A DNA stretch of 64,000 bases from an uncultured Thermoplasmata archaeon. GTDB lineage: Archaea; Thermoplasmatota; Thermoplasmata; Lutacidiplasmatales; UBA184. This document shows positions 20,545-29,032 of the stretch, piece after piece; positions within the stretch are counted from its first letter, which is position 1; each line of letters opens with the position of its first letter. The stretch lies in the NCBI GenBank assembly GCA_963730815.1, contig CAVSTD010000011.1:41168-105167 (forward strand), in the 5' to 3' direction. The translations under genes were made by a program, and so were the position numbers. The notes below the pieces were generated by a model, which searched no databases, was not told where the DNA came from, and saw only the letters and a list, made by a program, of their open reading frames with translations.

Positions 20545-20759
20545 TCCCGGACCCGATTCTGGAACCCGTCATTTCGTGTCGAACTCTGCAACTCGACTGC
20601 GGCCACCAGATTGAAGTGCCGCTCGGGGTCGGAGCGCCCGCGCTGGCCGCGGGTCTCGTGCAGCATCGACTCTCCTGCCGCGGGATCGAGACTCCCGGCC
20701 TATCCCTGACCGTCTCTGAGTTTCCCCTTTCGATCTTTCGAGGAGTGGCCAACCGCTGA
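20541..20759 (+). CDS. Small hypothetical protein (72 aa) with Cys/His residues
   Basis: GAGGAGG SD, then GTG overlapping the upstream TGA; contains C...CGH...HRLSC. Confidence 0.55.
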   Translation: MIPDPILEPVISCRTLQLDCGHQIEVPLGVGAPALAAGLVQHRLSCRGIETPGLSLTVSEFPLSIFRGVANR

Positions 20760-20833
20760 TGGCTCGGACCGTTCTCTGCGAGAACTTTGTTGCGGACAGG
20801 TGAGCGAACAGAACCATTCCGAGGAGAGGGACG

Positions 20834-22855
20834 ATGGCAGGAAGTTCGCCCGGCATCGGAACCTCGCTTTCCTCGGGTCCCCTCACGCTCGCCGCGGGCA
20901 TCGTTGCCTACAACGAGGAGCCCCACCTGCGCACGGCGGTCCGATCGCTCATCGATCAGAAACTGCCGGAGGGAGTGGATTGGGGGGAGATATGGGTAGT
21001 AGCTAGCGGGTGTACCGACCGTACCGTCGAAATCGCTCACGCGCTAGCTGAGGAGGAACCTCGCGTCCGTGTGGTGGTGGAACCGGACCGGGGAGGGAAG
21101 GCGCGCGCCCTTCGGCAAGTGTTTCAGCGGGCGTCGGGCGACGCCCTCGTTCTCCTGAACTCCGACGCCCGCGCCGAACCCGGAGCCGTCGAGCAACTGG
21201 TGCGCGTCGCCGAAGGCAAAGAGGCGCCGTTTGCGGTCATGGCCCGACCCGTCGTTCCTCGGGAGGCTACTGGCCCTTGGGCCCCCACTTTTCGATGGAT
21301 GTGGCACCTCCATCACGAATTTCACGCGCAACTGCTCTCGACCGGGACTGGCGGACACCTTTCGGACGAACTCTTGCTCGTCAGTCTCCCGAGCGTCCCG
21401 CCGATTCCTGATGGGATAATCAACGATGGTTCGTACCTCGCAGTCTGGCTGGCACAGCACTCGGGAGGACGATGGTACGCCGCCGACGCCCGGGTCTCCA
21501 TCGAAGTTCCAGGTACCGTAGGCGACCACCTACGCCAACGCCGAAGAATCCACGTCGGCAACGCCCAGGTAACTTCGGTTTTGCGGGAGCCCCCCTCCAC
21601 AATCCCCCGCCAGTTGATCGAGAGGCCGGTGGACACCGCCCGGCTCCTTAGGAAGATGATCGCTCGAGAGGGAGGAGTCGTCCATTTCGGGCGACTCGCT
21701 GCGTGGGAGCTCACTTCCTACGTACTCGCGGCCTGGGATCGACTGCCTCCTCAGAGGGACCACGTTCGATGGCATCGCGCCCGATCGACCGGCCCGCTAG
21801 AGCTTGTGGGTCCGCAGGCTCTCTCCTGCTTAGACACTCAAGCAATTGCCGATTTCGCAGTCCCACTTGAGCATCGCATCACGGCGGTCGTCGGGGCGGC
21901 CTCGCAATTCGGGACGGGCATACTCCTGCCGGAGCTCCTCCGTCTCTTGCCCAACGACGCGCCTGCCACCGTTCCCGAAGTCCGAGACTGGCTCGAAACT
22001 CGGCCGCATCTTGCCCGGGTAGAGGGGGAGTCAGCGTTCGCCCCCGAAACCCTGCCAACCGCGGAGCAGGAGCGGCTCGAACGCGGCCGGCATTACCTCG
22101 ATTTGGCGAAGGCGCTCTTAGCTGGTCCGCTGCGCGGCGCCCGCGCGGTCTCTCACTGCGTTTGCGTCACCGGATCCGCCGCGTACGGTATGCCTCAGCA
22201 GGGGGACGACCTCGACCTGTTCGTCGTGACCCGGACCGGCGGTCTGTGGTGGTTCCTCGCCTACTCCTACCTCTGCATTCGGATCGCTCGCAGGCGACGT
22301 ACGGGCGGGGCCGAAGCGACGCCTTGCTTCAACCTCGTTCTGGAAGACGGAGCAGCGCTCGGTGAGTTCGCTCGCAGCCAAGGGTTCCTCTTCGCGCGGG
22401 AGGCGCTCACCGCACAACCGATCCACGGGGACGAGTACTACCGCGGGCTCTTGTCGAAGGCGGGCTGGATGAAGGAGGAGATCCCGCGTCTCTACTCCGA
22501 AAAGAACCAGGGGCCGGTCGAGTCGGGTTCCCTCGCGCGCCCCGCTCCGATTCTCGTGCGCCTACTCAGCGCGGCAGTCTTTCCGTGGTTGGCCGCCTAT
22601 CTCCAGCTCGCGGGACTCCGCCGGGACCGTGGATTCCGTCAGGCATCGATGCCGGACCACCGGTTCCGGACCGAAACTCGCTGGCGGCGGCTCGCGTTCG
22701 CCTCGCGGAAATTCGAGCGGCTGCGCGAGAGCTACCGCGCGCCGAGCCCCTTCCCCCCAACCGCCGTCTCCGAGAGCCGGTCGTCGAATCCGAATGGCCC
22801 GACCTCACGTCGTCGATACGCCGGAACGATGGCCGCACCTTCGACCAGCGATTGA
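20834..22855 (+). CDS. GT2 glycosyltransferase fused to a C-terminal nucleotidyltransferase (Pol-beta superfamily) domain
   Basis: N-terminal GIVAYNEE, GGKARAL, LLNSDA, INDG, QRRRI; C-terminal VTGSAAYG...DDLDLFVV (GS-x-DxD). Confidence 0.8.
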   Translation: MAGSSPGIGTSLSSGPLTLAAGIVAYNEEPHLRTAVRSLIDQKLPEGVDWGEIWVVASGCTDRTVEIAHALAEEEPRVRVVVEPDRGGKARALRQVFQRASGDALVLLNSDARAEPGAVEQLVRVAEGKEAPFAVMARPVVPREATGPWAPTFRWMWHLHHEFHAQLLSTGTGGHLSDELLLVSLPSVPPIPDGIINDGSYLAVWLAQHSGGRWYAADARVSIEVPGTVGDHLRQRRRIHVGNAQVTSVLREPPSTIPRQLIERPVDTARLLRKMIAREGGVVHFGRLAAWELTSYVLAAWDRLPPQRDHVRWHRARSTGPLELVGPQALSCLDTQAIADFAVPLEHRITAVVGAASQFGTGILLPELLRLLPNDAPATVPEVRDWLETRPHLARVEGESAFAPETLPTAEQERLERGRHYLDLAKALLAGPLRGARAVSHCVCVTGSAAYGMPQQGDDLDLFVVTRTGGLWWFLAYSYLCIRIARRRRTGGAEATPCFNLVLEDGAALGEFARSQGFLFAREALTAQPIHGDEYYRGLLSKAGWMKEEIPRLYSEKNQGPVESGSLARPAPILVRLLSAAVFPWLAAYLQLAGLRRDRGFRQASMPDHRFRTETRWRRLAFASRKFERLRESYRAPSPFPPTAVSESRSSNPNGPTSRRRYAGTMAAPSTSD

Positions 22856-22894
22856 ACGCAGGCGACATTACGGTCGACTGCCTCGGGGTAGAGC

Positions 22895-24148
22895 GTGTCG
22901 TCGGCGAGGTCGGGAAGTACGGAGACCGCATCGTCCTTCGACGCGGAGTCCTCATCCGCACCGGTCGAAGACGGTAGTCTCGAGCTGATCCTCTTGAGCG
23001 GATTGGTCCCGCTCGGCTTCGTTCGCGAAGCGGACCTCGTCTTCCTGGTGGGACGAGAACGATCCGCCCGATGGCCCGTGGAGATTCTCCGCACCGGCGC
23101 GGCCCGGCTGAAGATCTCGGGCCGAACCGAACTGGGTTCCACCGAGCTGATCTCGGATCCGGTCGAAAAACAACGGGTCCTCGAACTGTTTCAGGAAAAG
23201 TATGGCCCTCGGCGATTCGCCCGTTGGTACGGAGATCCGGCGCGCGTCCTGCGCGTCCACCTCGGTGCGGCGGGGCCGCCCTCGGGGGGCGACGAACAAT
23301 ATCACGGTTGGCTCTCCGCCGAGTTTGACAACGTCGCCGAGGACTACGATCGGCACATCCTGGGAAACCGGATCAACCGACTGCTCCGGGACCGCTCCCT
23401 CGCGGAACTCCGCAGGACCTTCGTACGCTCCCCTCGGCTTCTCGAGATAGGCTGTGGCTCCGGAATGGAGACCCTCCCCTTGCTAGGGGAGGGACACGAG
23501 GTCTTTTGCGTCGACCTCTCCGAACGGATGCTCGAGGTGGTCCGGCAGAAAGCCCGCCGGGACGGAGTCTCCGAACGTCTGCGGACCGAGCGATTAGCCG
23601 CGGCCTCGATCCCCCGACTCTTAGAGGAACTCGGGCCGGGGGCGTTCGACGGAGCGTATTCGACCTACGGGGCGTTGAACTGCGAGGCGGAGCTCGCGTC
23701 AATTCCACCGGCACTCCACGGACTGGTCCGCTCCGGAGGAAAGTTCGTGGCCGGAGTGTACAATCGATGGTGCGCGTTCGAGCTGTTAGGGTACTCGCTC
23801 ACCGGTCAATTCGGCCGGGCATTCGGGCGCTTCGATCGTCCGGTCCGAGTCGGCTCGTCCCGGTTTTGCGTGGACATTTACGCGCACTCAGAACCGACCT
23901 TTGCCCGGACGTTCGCCCCGTGGTTCCTTCCGGAGCGCATCGTGGGCGTTCCTGTCCTTCTCCCTCCCTCCGACCTCGTGGGGTACGCCGAGAAATTTGA
24001 TCACGGTTTCAACCGCCTTGACCGATGGGACCGGTTCTTGTCCGCGCGTTGGCCGTTCCGATACCTCGGGGACCACTTTCTGATGACCATGCGTCGTGCC
24101 GAACTCATGGTTCCGCCTTCGCCTACCGTTTCGGTCAGGGCCGGTTAG
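22895..24148 (+). CDS. Class I SAM methyltransferase with an extra N-terminal domain (possibly split-barrel/DDN-like)
   Basis: FDNVAEDYD, LLEIGCGSG, VDLSERML, FDGAYSTYGALN. N-terminal W..EI...F.EKYG resembles split-barrel oxidoreductase-like domains (tentative). Confidence 0.75.
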   Translation: MSSARSGSTETASSFDAESSSAPVEDGSLELILLSGLVPLGFVREADLVFLVGRERSARWPVEILRTGAARLKISGRTELGSTELISDPVEKQRVLELFQEKYGPRRFARWYGDPARVLRVHLGAAGPPSGGDEQYHGWLSAEFDNVAEDYDRHILGNRINRLLRDRSLAELRRTFVRSPRLLEIGCGSGMETLPLLGEGHEVFCVDLSERMLEVVRQKARRDGVSERLRTERLAAASIPRLLEELGPGAFDGAYSTYGALNCEAELASIPPALHGLVRSGGKFVAGVYNRWCAFELLGYSLTGQFGRAFGRFDRPVRVGSSRFCVDIYAHSEPTFARTFAPWFLPERIVGVPVLLPPSDLVGYAEKFDHGFNRLDRWDRFLSARWPFRYLGDHFLMTMRRAELMVPPSPTVSVRAG

Positions 24149-24977
24149 GAACCGTTCCGGCGGGGTTCGTGGTGCGGTCCAGTCGAGACCAATGCACCGG
24201 GTCGGTGAATCCCCGCAGGAGTTTGAGGTAGAAGATCGGACTGTAGGCGACGTTCCGCACCCGCCGGCTGTTGAGGTGCATCAGGAGGACCACCGCCGCC
24301 GCGTAGGCGAGCTCACGTGGGTTCCATCCGGAAGAGCGACGGATGGCAGCCCCCTGGAACTCGGGCCAATGGGGCGACGCCCGGTAGGTCCCGTAGTGAC
24401 GCATCGCGTCCGGAACGTAGCGGGTCTTCAGACCTTGCTGACGGGCGGCTCGCTGGAGGTAGTAGGTCTCCCGACCTTGGGCACTATCCGGGATTCCCGC
24501 ATCGAGAGCCCAGCGCCGACCGAGCATCGTCAACCCCAAAGGGAGGCCGTAACGGAACCGGTGACCGACATTCATCCCGACGACCGCAGCCGTCCCCGGG
24601 CGCGCGTACTCTGCGAGCGCGCGAGTGTAGAAGTCGGGCCGATCGATCTGGACGTCACTGTCGACGAAGAGGACGGGGTCAGTATCGGCGGTGGCGAGGG
24701 CCAAGTTCCGCGCGCGTCCGAGCCCGGTTTGATCCTCGAACACCTTCGCCCCATAATCGCTCGCGATCTCGGCCGAACCGTCTCGGCTCGCCCGGTCTAT
24801 TATGATCAGGTGGTGCACCGGAACGAATGCGCGAACGGAGGTGAGCGCCGCTGCGAGGGTCGCCGCCGACTCATAGGTGGCCATGAGGACGTCTATCGGT
24901 GGTACCTTTGCCGCGGACGAACCGGAGTCTTCCCCCGGGAGCGAAAACATCGAACGACTTCCGGCTCTGGAGGTCAT
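24135..24977 (-). CDS. Glycosyltransferase family 2
   Basis: IDVLMATYES, IIIDRASRDGS, GLGRARNLA, LFVDSD. Confidence 0.85.
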   Translation of the reverse strand: MTSRAGSRSMFSLPGEDSGSSAAKVPPIDVLMATYESAATLAAALTSVRAFVPVHHLIIIDRASRDGSAEIASDYGAKVFEDQTGLGRARNLALATADTDPVLFVDSDVQIDRPDFYTRALAEYARPGTAAVVGMNVGHRFRYGLPLGLTMLGRRWALDAGIPDSAQGRETYYLQRAARQQGLKTRYVPDAMRHYGTYRASPHWPEFQGAAIRRSSGWNPRELAYAAAVVLLMHLNSRRVRNVAYSPIFYLKLLRGFTDPVHWSRLDRTTNPAGTVPNRP

Positions 24978-25025
24978 GGTTTTTCGTCTCCGACTGGAAC
25001 TAGTGAATGGGAACCTTCTAGAGTT

Positions 25026-26228
25026 TCACGATCCTTGTTCGGAAGGCTCCAGCAGTGCCATCGCCCCGGTACCGTGTCCCGAAGCGGCGTTGTAGGATCC
25101 CACTCCGACCATCAGGACCGCTTCCGTTCCGAACTCGGGAGCCGGAATCCCGCCCTGTATGTCTCCGGTGTCAAACGCAGAGGGAAGTGCCGTCGAATAG
25201 TCGGTCGCAGAGGACGTTGCGCTTCCGGTCCAGAACGCGAGCTCCGGAACGAATGCATCTTCGGCAGTCTGACCCTTACCCGCAACGAACCAACCATGGT
25301 CGGCCGAAACGATCATCAGGGCCAGCCGGTCGAACCCCGACGGAAGCATTGTCGCCGCCGTGGCTGCCTCCCCGCGCACCCACACGAGCTCGCTTCCGTC
25401 TCCTCCAGCTAGCCAGGACGTCCCATTCCAAGCCGCCGAGTAGACACCGCCGTTCTGGAACGGCGACCTCGGGAATAGGTCCACGTACCCCGTACTGGTC
25501 CAAAGTCCGAACACGCCGTGCCCACCGACCATCCACTCGCCACCATTCCAGACGAGCATCTGGACCCAGGGTTGCGAGCCGTGGCCCACGACCCGGGAAG
25601 AGAGGTCGGTGAAAGACCCGTTGTTCCAAGCAACTAGAGTCGCTGCCTTCGAGGAATTCCCTCCGATTAACCACGATGTCCCATTCCATCCCACGGACCA
25701 AACCCCCCCGCCAGCGAAATGGTCCGCGACCCGTCCCGTGAGGTTGGTTACCGTGCCGCCGCTCAGCGCGATCAGGACCCCTTGATCGGCACCTCCGGGC
25801 GAACGCTGGCCCCCGATCAACCAACTGGAACCGTTCCAGGCGATGGCGTACACACCCCCTTCGAAGAAGTAGCTCTGGACCAAGGATGTCTCATTCACGA
25901 CCGTTGGGCCGGAGGGGCCGGGCGAGAGGGCCGCGAAGACCGGCAACGAAAAGCCGGAGACCTGGGAATACACTCCAATCCCTCCAAGGAGGGTGGTGGT
26001 GGCGTTAGACCCGCCCGAAAGCATGACTCCGGGCTGGAACACCGGCCCCAGCGCCCGGGTCTCGTCGGAGATCTTGGCCGGAAGGGGGGCGCTGGTCGCC
26101 GTCACGAACGCTGGAGAGAAGGCTAACGCGAGAATCGCGCTGGCAACGGCGGACGCGGCCACGATTGAAACCGCCGCAGGAACCCGGTCCTGCATTACGT
26201 GGTAGTTCTTGCTTACTGGCTGGACCAT
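25026..26228 (-). CDS. Exported repeat protein (WNG repeats, probable beta-propeller)
   Basis: N-terminal hydrophobic segment; repeated GGV-x-x-x-x-WNG-x-x-W-x-x-GG units. Confidence 0.75.
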   Translation of the reverse strand: MVQPVSKNYHVMQDRVPAAVSIVAASAVASAILALAFSPAFVTATSAPLPAKISDETRALGPVFQPGVMLSGGSNATTTLLGGIGVYSQVSGFSLPVFAALSPGPSGPTVVNETSLVQSYFFEGGVYAIAWNGSSWLIGGQRSPGGADQGVLIALSGGTVTNLTGRVADHFAGGGVWSVGWNGTSWLIGGNSSKAATLVAWNNGSFTDLSSRVVGHGSQPWVQMLVWNGGEWMVGGHGVFGLWTSTGYVDLFPRSPFQNGGVYSAAWNGTSWLAGGDGSELVWVRGEAATAATMLPSGFDRLALMIVSADHGWFVAGKGQTAEDAFVPELAFWTGSATSSATDYSTALPSAFDTGDIQGGIPAPEFGTEAVLMVGVGSYNAASGHGTGAMALLEPSEQGS

Positions 26229-26665
26229 TCCCCGGCCCTCACTATCTCCGCACTGGTAAATCGCCTCGTTAATGCTTGATGGGGAGACCGAAGCTCCGAT
26301 CCGGCCGTGTTAACGACCGGGGGCCGAGCGAGACTACCGCATCGCGGTCTTCCGAGCATCCTTGCGGAGCGCAATCGCGATGTCGGGAATGAAGTAATCG
26401 AGGTCCTCCACGATCCGGTCCCCTACCGGGCGTCGCTGGAGGACGACGCCCCCCGGTGAAGTAGGAAGAGGAAGGAGCAGCGAACCGTGTCGATCCCGAG
26501 GCACACCCCGTGGTCGGAGAACAGATACTTGATGGGGAGGCGTTCCGAGAGTATCTTCACGGTGCGTCCTGGTCTGGCGCAGCAAGGGCGCGGCATGCTT
26601 TTGGGTCTTTCCCAGGGAGCCCAAGGGACTATGCGGAGTTGAGAGCTGAGCCGACCGCTCCGACA

Positions 26666-27673
26666 ATGGACCGGGAAGAGTACCTCGTACGGCCGTTCAC
26701 GGACCTAGACTACGAGGCGGTCAGCCGGATCGGGCGGAAGGTGACTCCGGAATTCCCTTTCTCGCCGGAGGAAGAGCGCCAGTGGGTCGCCCGGTTCATG
26801 ACCTCGGACCGGATCAACGAGCGGTGGATCGTCGAAGAACGATCCACCTCCACGGTCGTCGCCTGGGGATCGATGTCCCACGCCCCGCACGCCTTCGAAC
26901 CCCGCAAGTTCTGGTCGGCAGTCGAAGTGGACCCGGCACATCGCGGCCGCGGGATCGGTCGGACCCTCGCGGCCCTGATCGAGTCCGAAGCCGGGTCTCA
27001 CGGTGCAGTCTGTCTGTGGACCAACGTTCGCACTGACGATCCTCGGAGCTTCGACTTTGCCCAACGGCACGGATTTCGCGAACTGCGTCGGGTCTGGATG
27101 AGCACGTTGGACCTCACCCAGGAACGACCCGAACCGGGGGCGGAGAGGGGAAAGGCCCTCGAGCGAGATGGAATGCGATTCACCACGCTCTCGGAAGAAG
27201 GGCCCGCTCGAGAGGAGACCCGCCGCAAACTCCTGGAACTTCTCAACGAGACATCCCGGGATGTCCCCCGCGTCGGCAAATTCGCGCCGATGACCTACGA
27301 ACAATTCGTGAAGGAATTCGAGTCGCCCTCGTTCCTCCCGGAGGCGTGCTTCCTGGCCGCCGTCGGGGACGAGTACGTCGCGATCTCCAGTCTGGAGCGA
27401 AGCCTGGCGGAACCGGACTCCTTGCGAGTCGATTTCACGGGCACCCGGTCTGCGTATCGAGGTCGAGGGGTTGCTTCCGAGTTGAAACGCCGGGCACTGG
27501 AGTACGCTCGAGCTCGGGGTGTGCGCTCCCTGCGGACCGTGAACGATTCGCTCAACCGGCCCATGTGGGCCATTAACGCGAAGCAGGGGTTCGTTCGAAC
27601 GTTCGAGTGGAGCGCCCAGGAACGGAGGTTTCCTCCTGCTCCAACGACTGGGGAGTCGGGAGAAAAGGGCTGA
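26666..27673 (+). CDS. Tandem GNAT acetyltransferase
   Basis: Two acetyl-CoA motifs, VDPAHRGRGIG and TRSAYRGRGVA; C-terminal NRPMWAINAKQGF. Confidence 0.88.
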   Translation: MDREEYLVRPFTDLDYEAVSRIGRKVTPEFPFSPEEERQWVARFMTSDRINERWIVEERSTSTVVAWGSMSHAPHAFEPRKFWSAVEVDPAHRGRGIGRTLAALIESEAGSHGAVCLWTNVRTDDPRSFDFAQRHGFRELRRVWMSTLDLTQERPEPGAERGKALERDGMRFTTLSEEGPAREETRRKLLELLNETSRDVPRVGKFAPMTYEQFVKEFESPSFLPEACFLAAVGDEYVAISSLERSLAEPDSLRVDFTGTRSAYRGRGVASELKRRALEYARARGVRSLRTVNDSLNRPMWAINAKQGFVRTFEWSAQERRFPPAPTTGESGEKG

Positions 27674-27835
27674 CGACGCGGAGATTCGAGTCGCTCGAAC
27701 TTCCGCGCGGTTCGGGACGCGGTTCGAAAATGCTTTTAACGGGTAGTCGCCTCTTCGGTTTGAATGGCCTGCTTTCCGTCGGAGGCGTAGACCTCCTTTG
27801 ACGCACCCCGCTTGAATCTTTCTCGGTCGGTCGTC

Positions 27836-28372
27836 ATGGACGTCCTCGACGCAATCCGCTCCTTCCGCCCCTGCACTCAGTACAACCCGCGCCCCGTCGC
27901 GCCGGAGAAGCTGAAGGCGGTCCTCGCCGCCGCGCGACTGGCCCCGAGTCAGCACAACATGCAACCGTGGCGATTCGTGGTCGTTCAGGACGACGAGCGC
28001 AAGCGGCTCCTGGCGCAGGCTTCGAATCGGGGGAAGTTGATCGCCGAAGCCCCCGCCGTCATCGTCGCGTTCGCGGTCGAAGAGGACATTCCGGTGACGA
28101 TCGGCGGATACATCTCTGCCTATCCGCTCGATGTGGCGGTCGCCATCGCCCACATTCAGCTCGCCGCGACCGCGGAGGGTCTCGGTACCAACTGGATCAT
28201 CGAGTTCAACGACGAGAAGATCCGTTCCGTTCTGCACGTTCCTGAGGGAATCCACCCGATCGCGGTCATCCCGATCGGTTACCCCGTCGAAGGGAACGGC
28301 GCGGCCAAGCCGTCCGGTGACGGGCGGAAGAGTCCGGACGAGATTATCGCCTACAACGAATACCCCTGGTAG
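27836..28372 (+). CDS. Nitroreductase family protein
   Basis: MDVLDAIR, ARLAPSQHNMQPWRFVVV, LAATAEGLGTNWI, IPIGYP. Confidence 0.9.
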   Translation: MDVLDAIRSFRPCTQYNPRPVAPEKLKAVLAAARLAPSQHNMQPWRFVVVQDDERKRLLAQASNRGKLIAEAPAVIVAFAVEEDIPVTIGGYISAYPLDVAVAIAHIQLAATAEGLGTNWIIEFNDEKIRSVLHVPEGIHPIAVIPIGYPVEGNGAAKPSGDGRKSPDEIIAYNEYPW

Positions 28373-28374
28373 GC

Positions 28375-28929
28375 GTGACCGACGTAACTTTCGTCAGCAC
28401 CAATCCCGGAAAGTTCCGGGAGGTGCGAGGCCTTCTGGACCCGTTCGGGGTCCGGACTCGTTGGCGGCGCCGCACGCTCCCCGAACCCCAGGCCGAGACG
28501 CTCGAAGAGGTGGTCGTCTCGAAGCTCGCCGGAGTCCGAGACATATCAGGGTACGTGTTGGTCGAGGATTCCGGTCTCTTCATCCCTTCTCTTCGCGGAT
28601 TTCCCGGGGTCTATTCGGCCCACTTTCTGAGGGTGTGGGGATTCGGTCCGGTCCTCGAACTCCTCCGACGAAGGAACCGCCGTGCCTACTTCCGAACGGT
28701 AGCGGGCCTCCAGCGCGGCCGCCGCCATTGGACGTTCGTCGGAGAGGTCCACGGGCGCATCGCCGAGAAACCGCGCGGTCGCCAGGGGTTCGGCTACGAC
28801 CCGATCTTCATTCCGGACGGGAGCTCTCGAACGTTCGGGGAGACTCCTCCCGAAAGCAAGAACGAATTGTCGCACCGGGCGCGCGCCATCCGCCAAGTGG
28901 GCGAACTACTCGGGACGCCGCGACAATAG
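28375..28929 (+). CDS. rdgB: Non-canonical purine NTP pyrophosphatase (RdgB/HAM1)
   Basis: STNPGKFRE, VEDSGL, GFPGVYS, GFGYDPIF, SHRARA. Confidence 0.92.
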   Translation: MTDVTFVSTNPGKFREVRGLLDPFGVRTRWRRRTLPEPQAETLEEVVVSKLAGVRDISGYVLVEDSGLFIPSLRGFPGVYSAHFLRVWGFGPVLELLRRRNRRAYFRTVAGLQRGRRHWTFVGEVHGRIAEKPRGRQGFGYDPIFIPDGSSRTFGETPPESKNELSHRARAIRQVGELLGTPRQ

Positions 28930-29032
28930 ATCGAATCGAAAATCCGCCAACCGGGATCGGGAAATAGAATCGTCCGGTCCCCGGGTGATCCCGGGGACCG
29001 AGAGAAAGGGTTGGTTCGAGGGGAGGTCGGCT

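Noticed and set aside
26334..26666. 110-aa minus-strand ORF in the gap before the GNAT gene
   Set aside because: Only the C-terminal part looks protein-like, with no clear start or motif. Not supportable.
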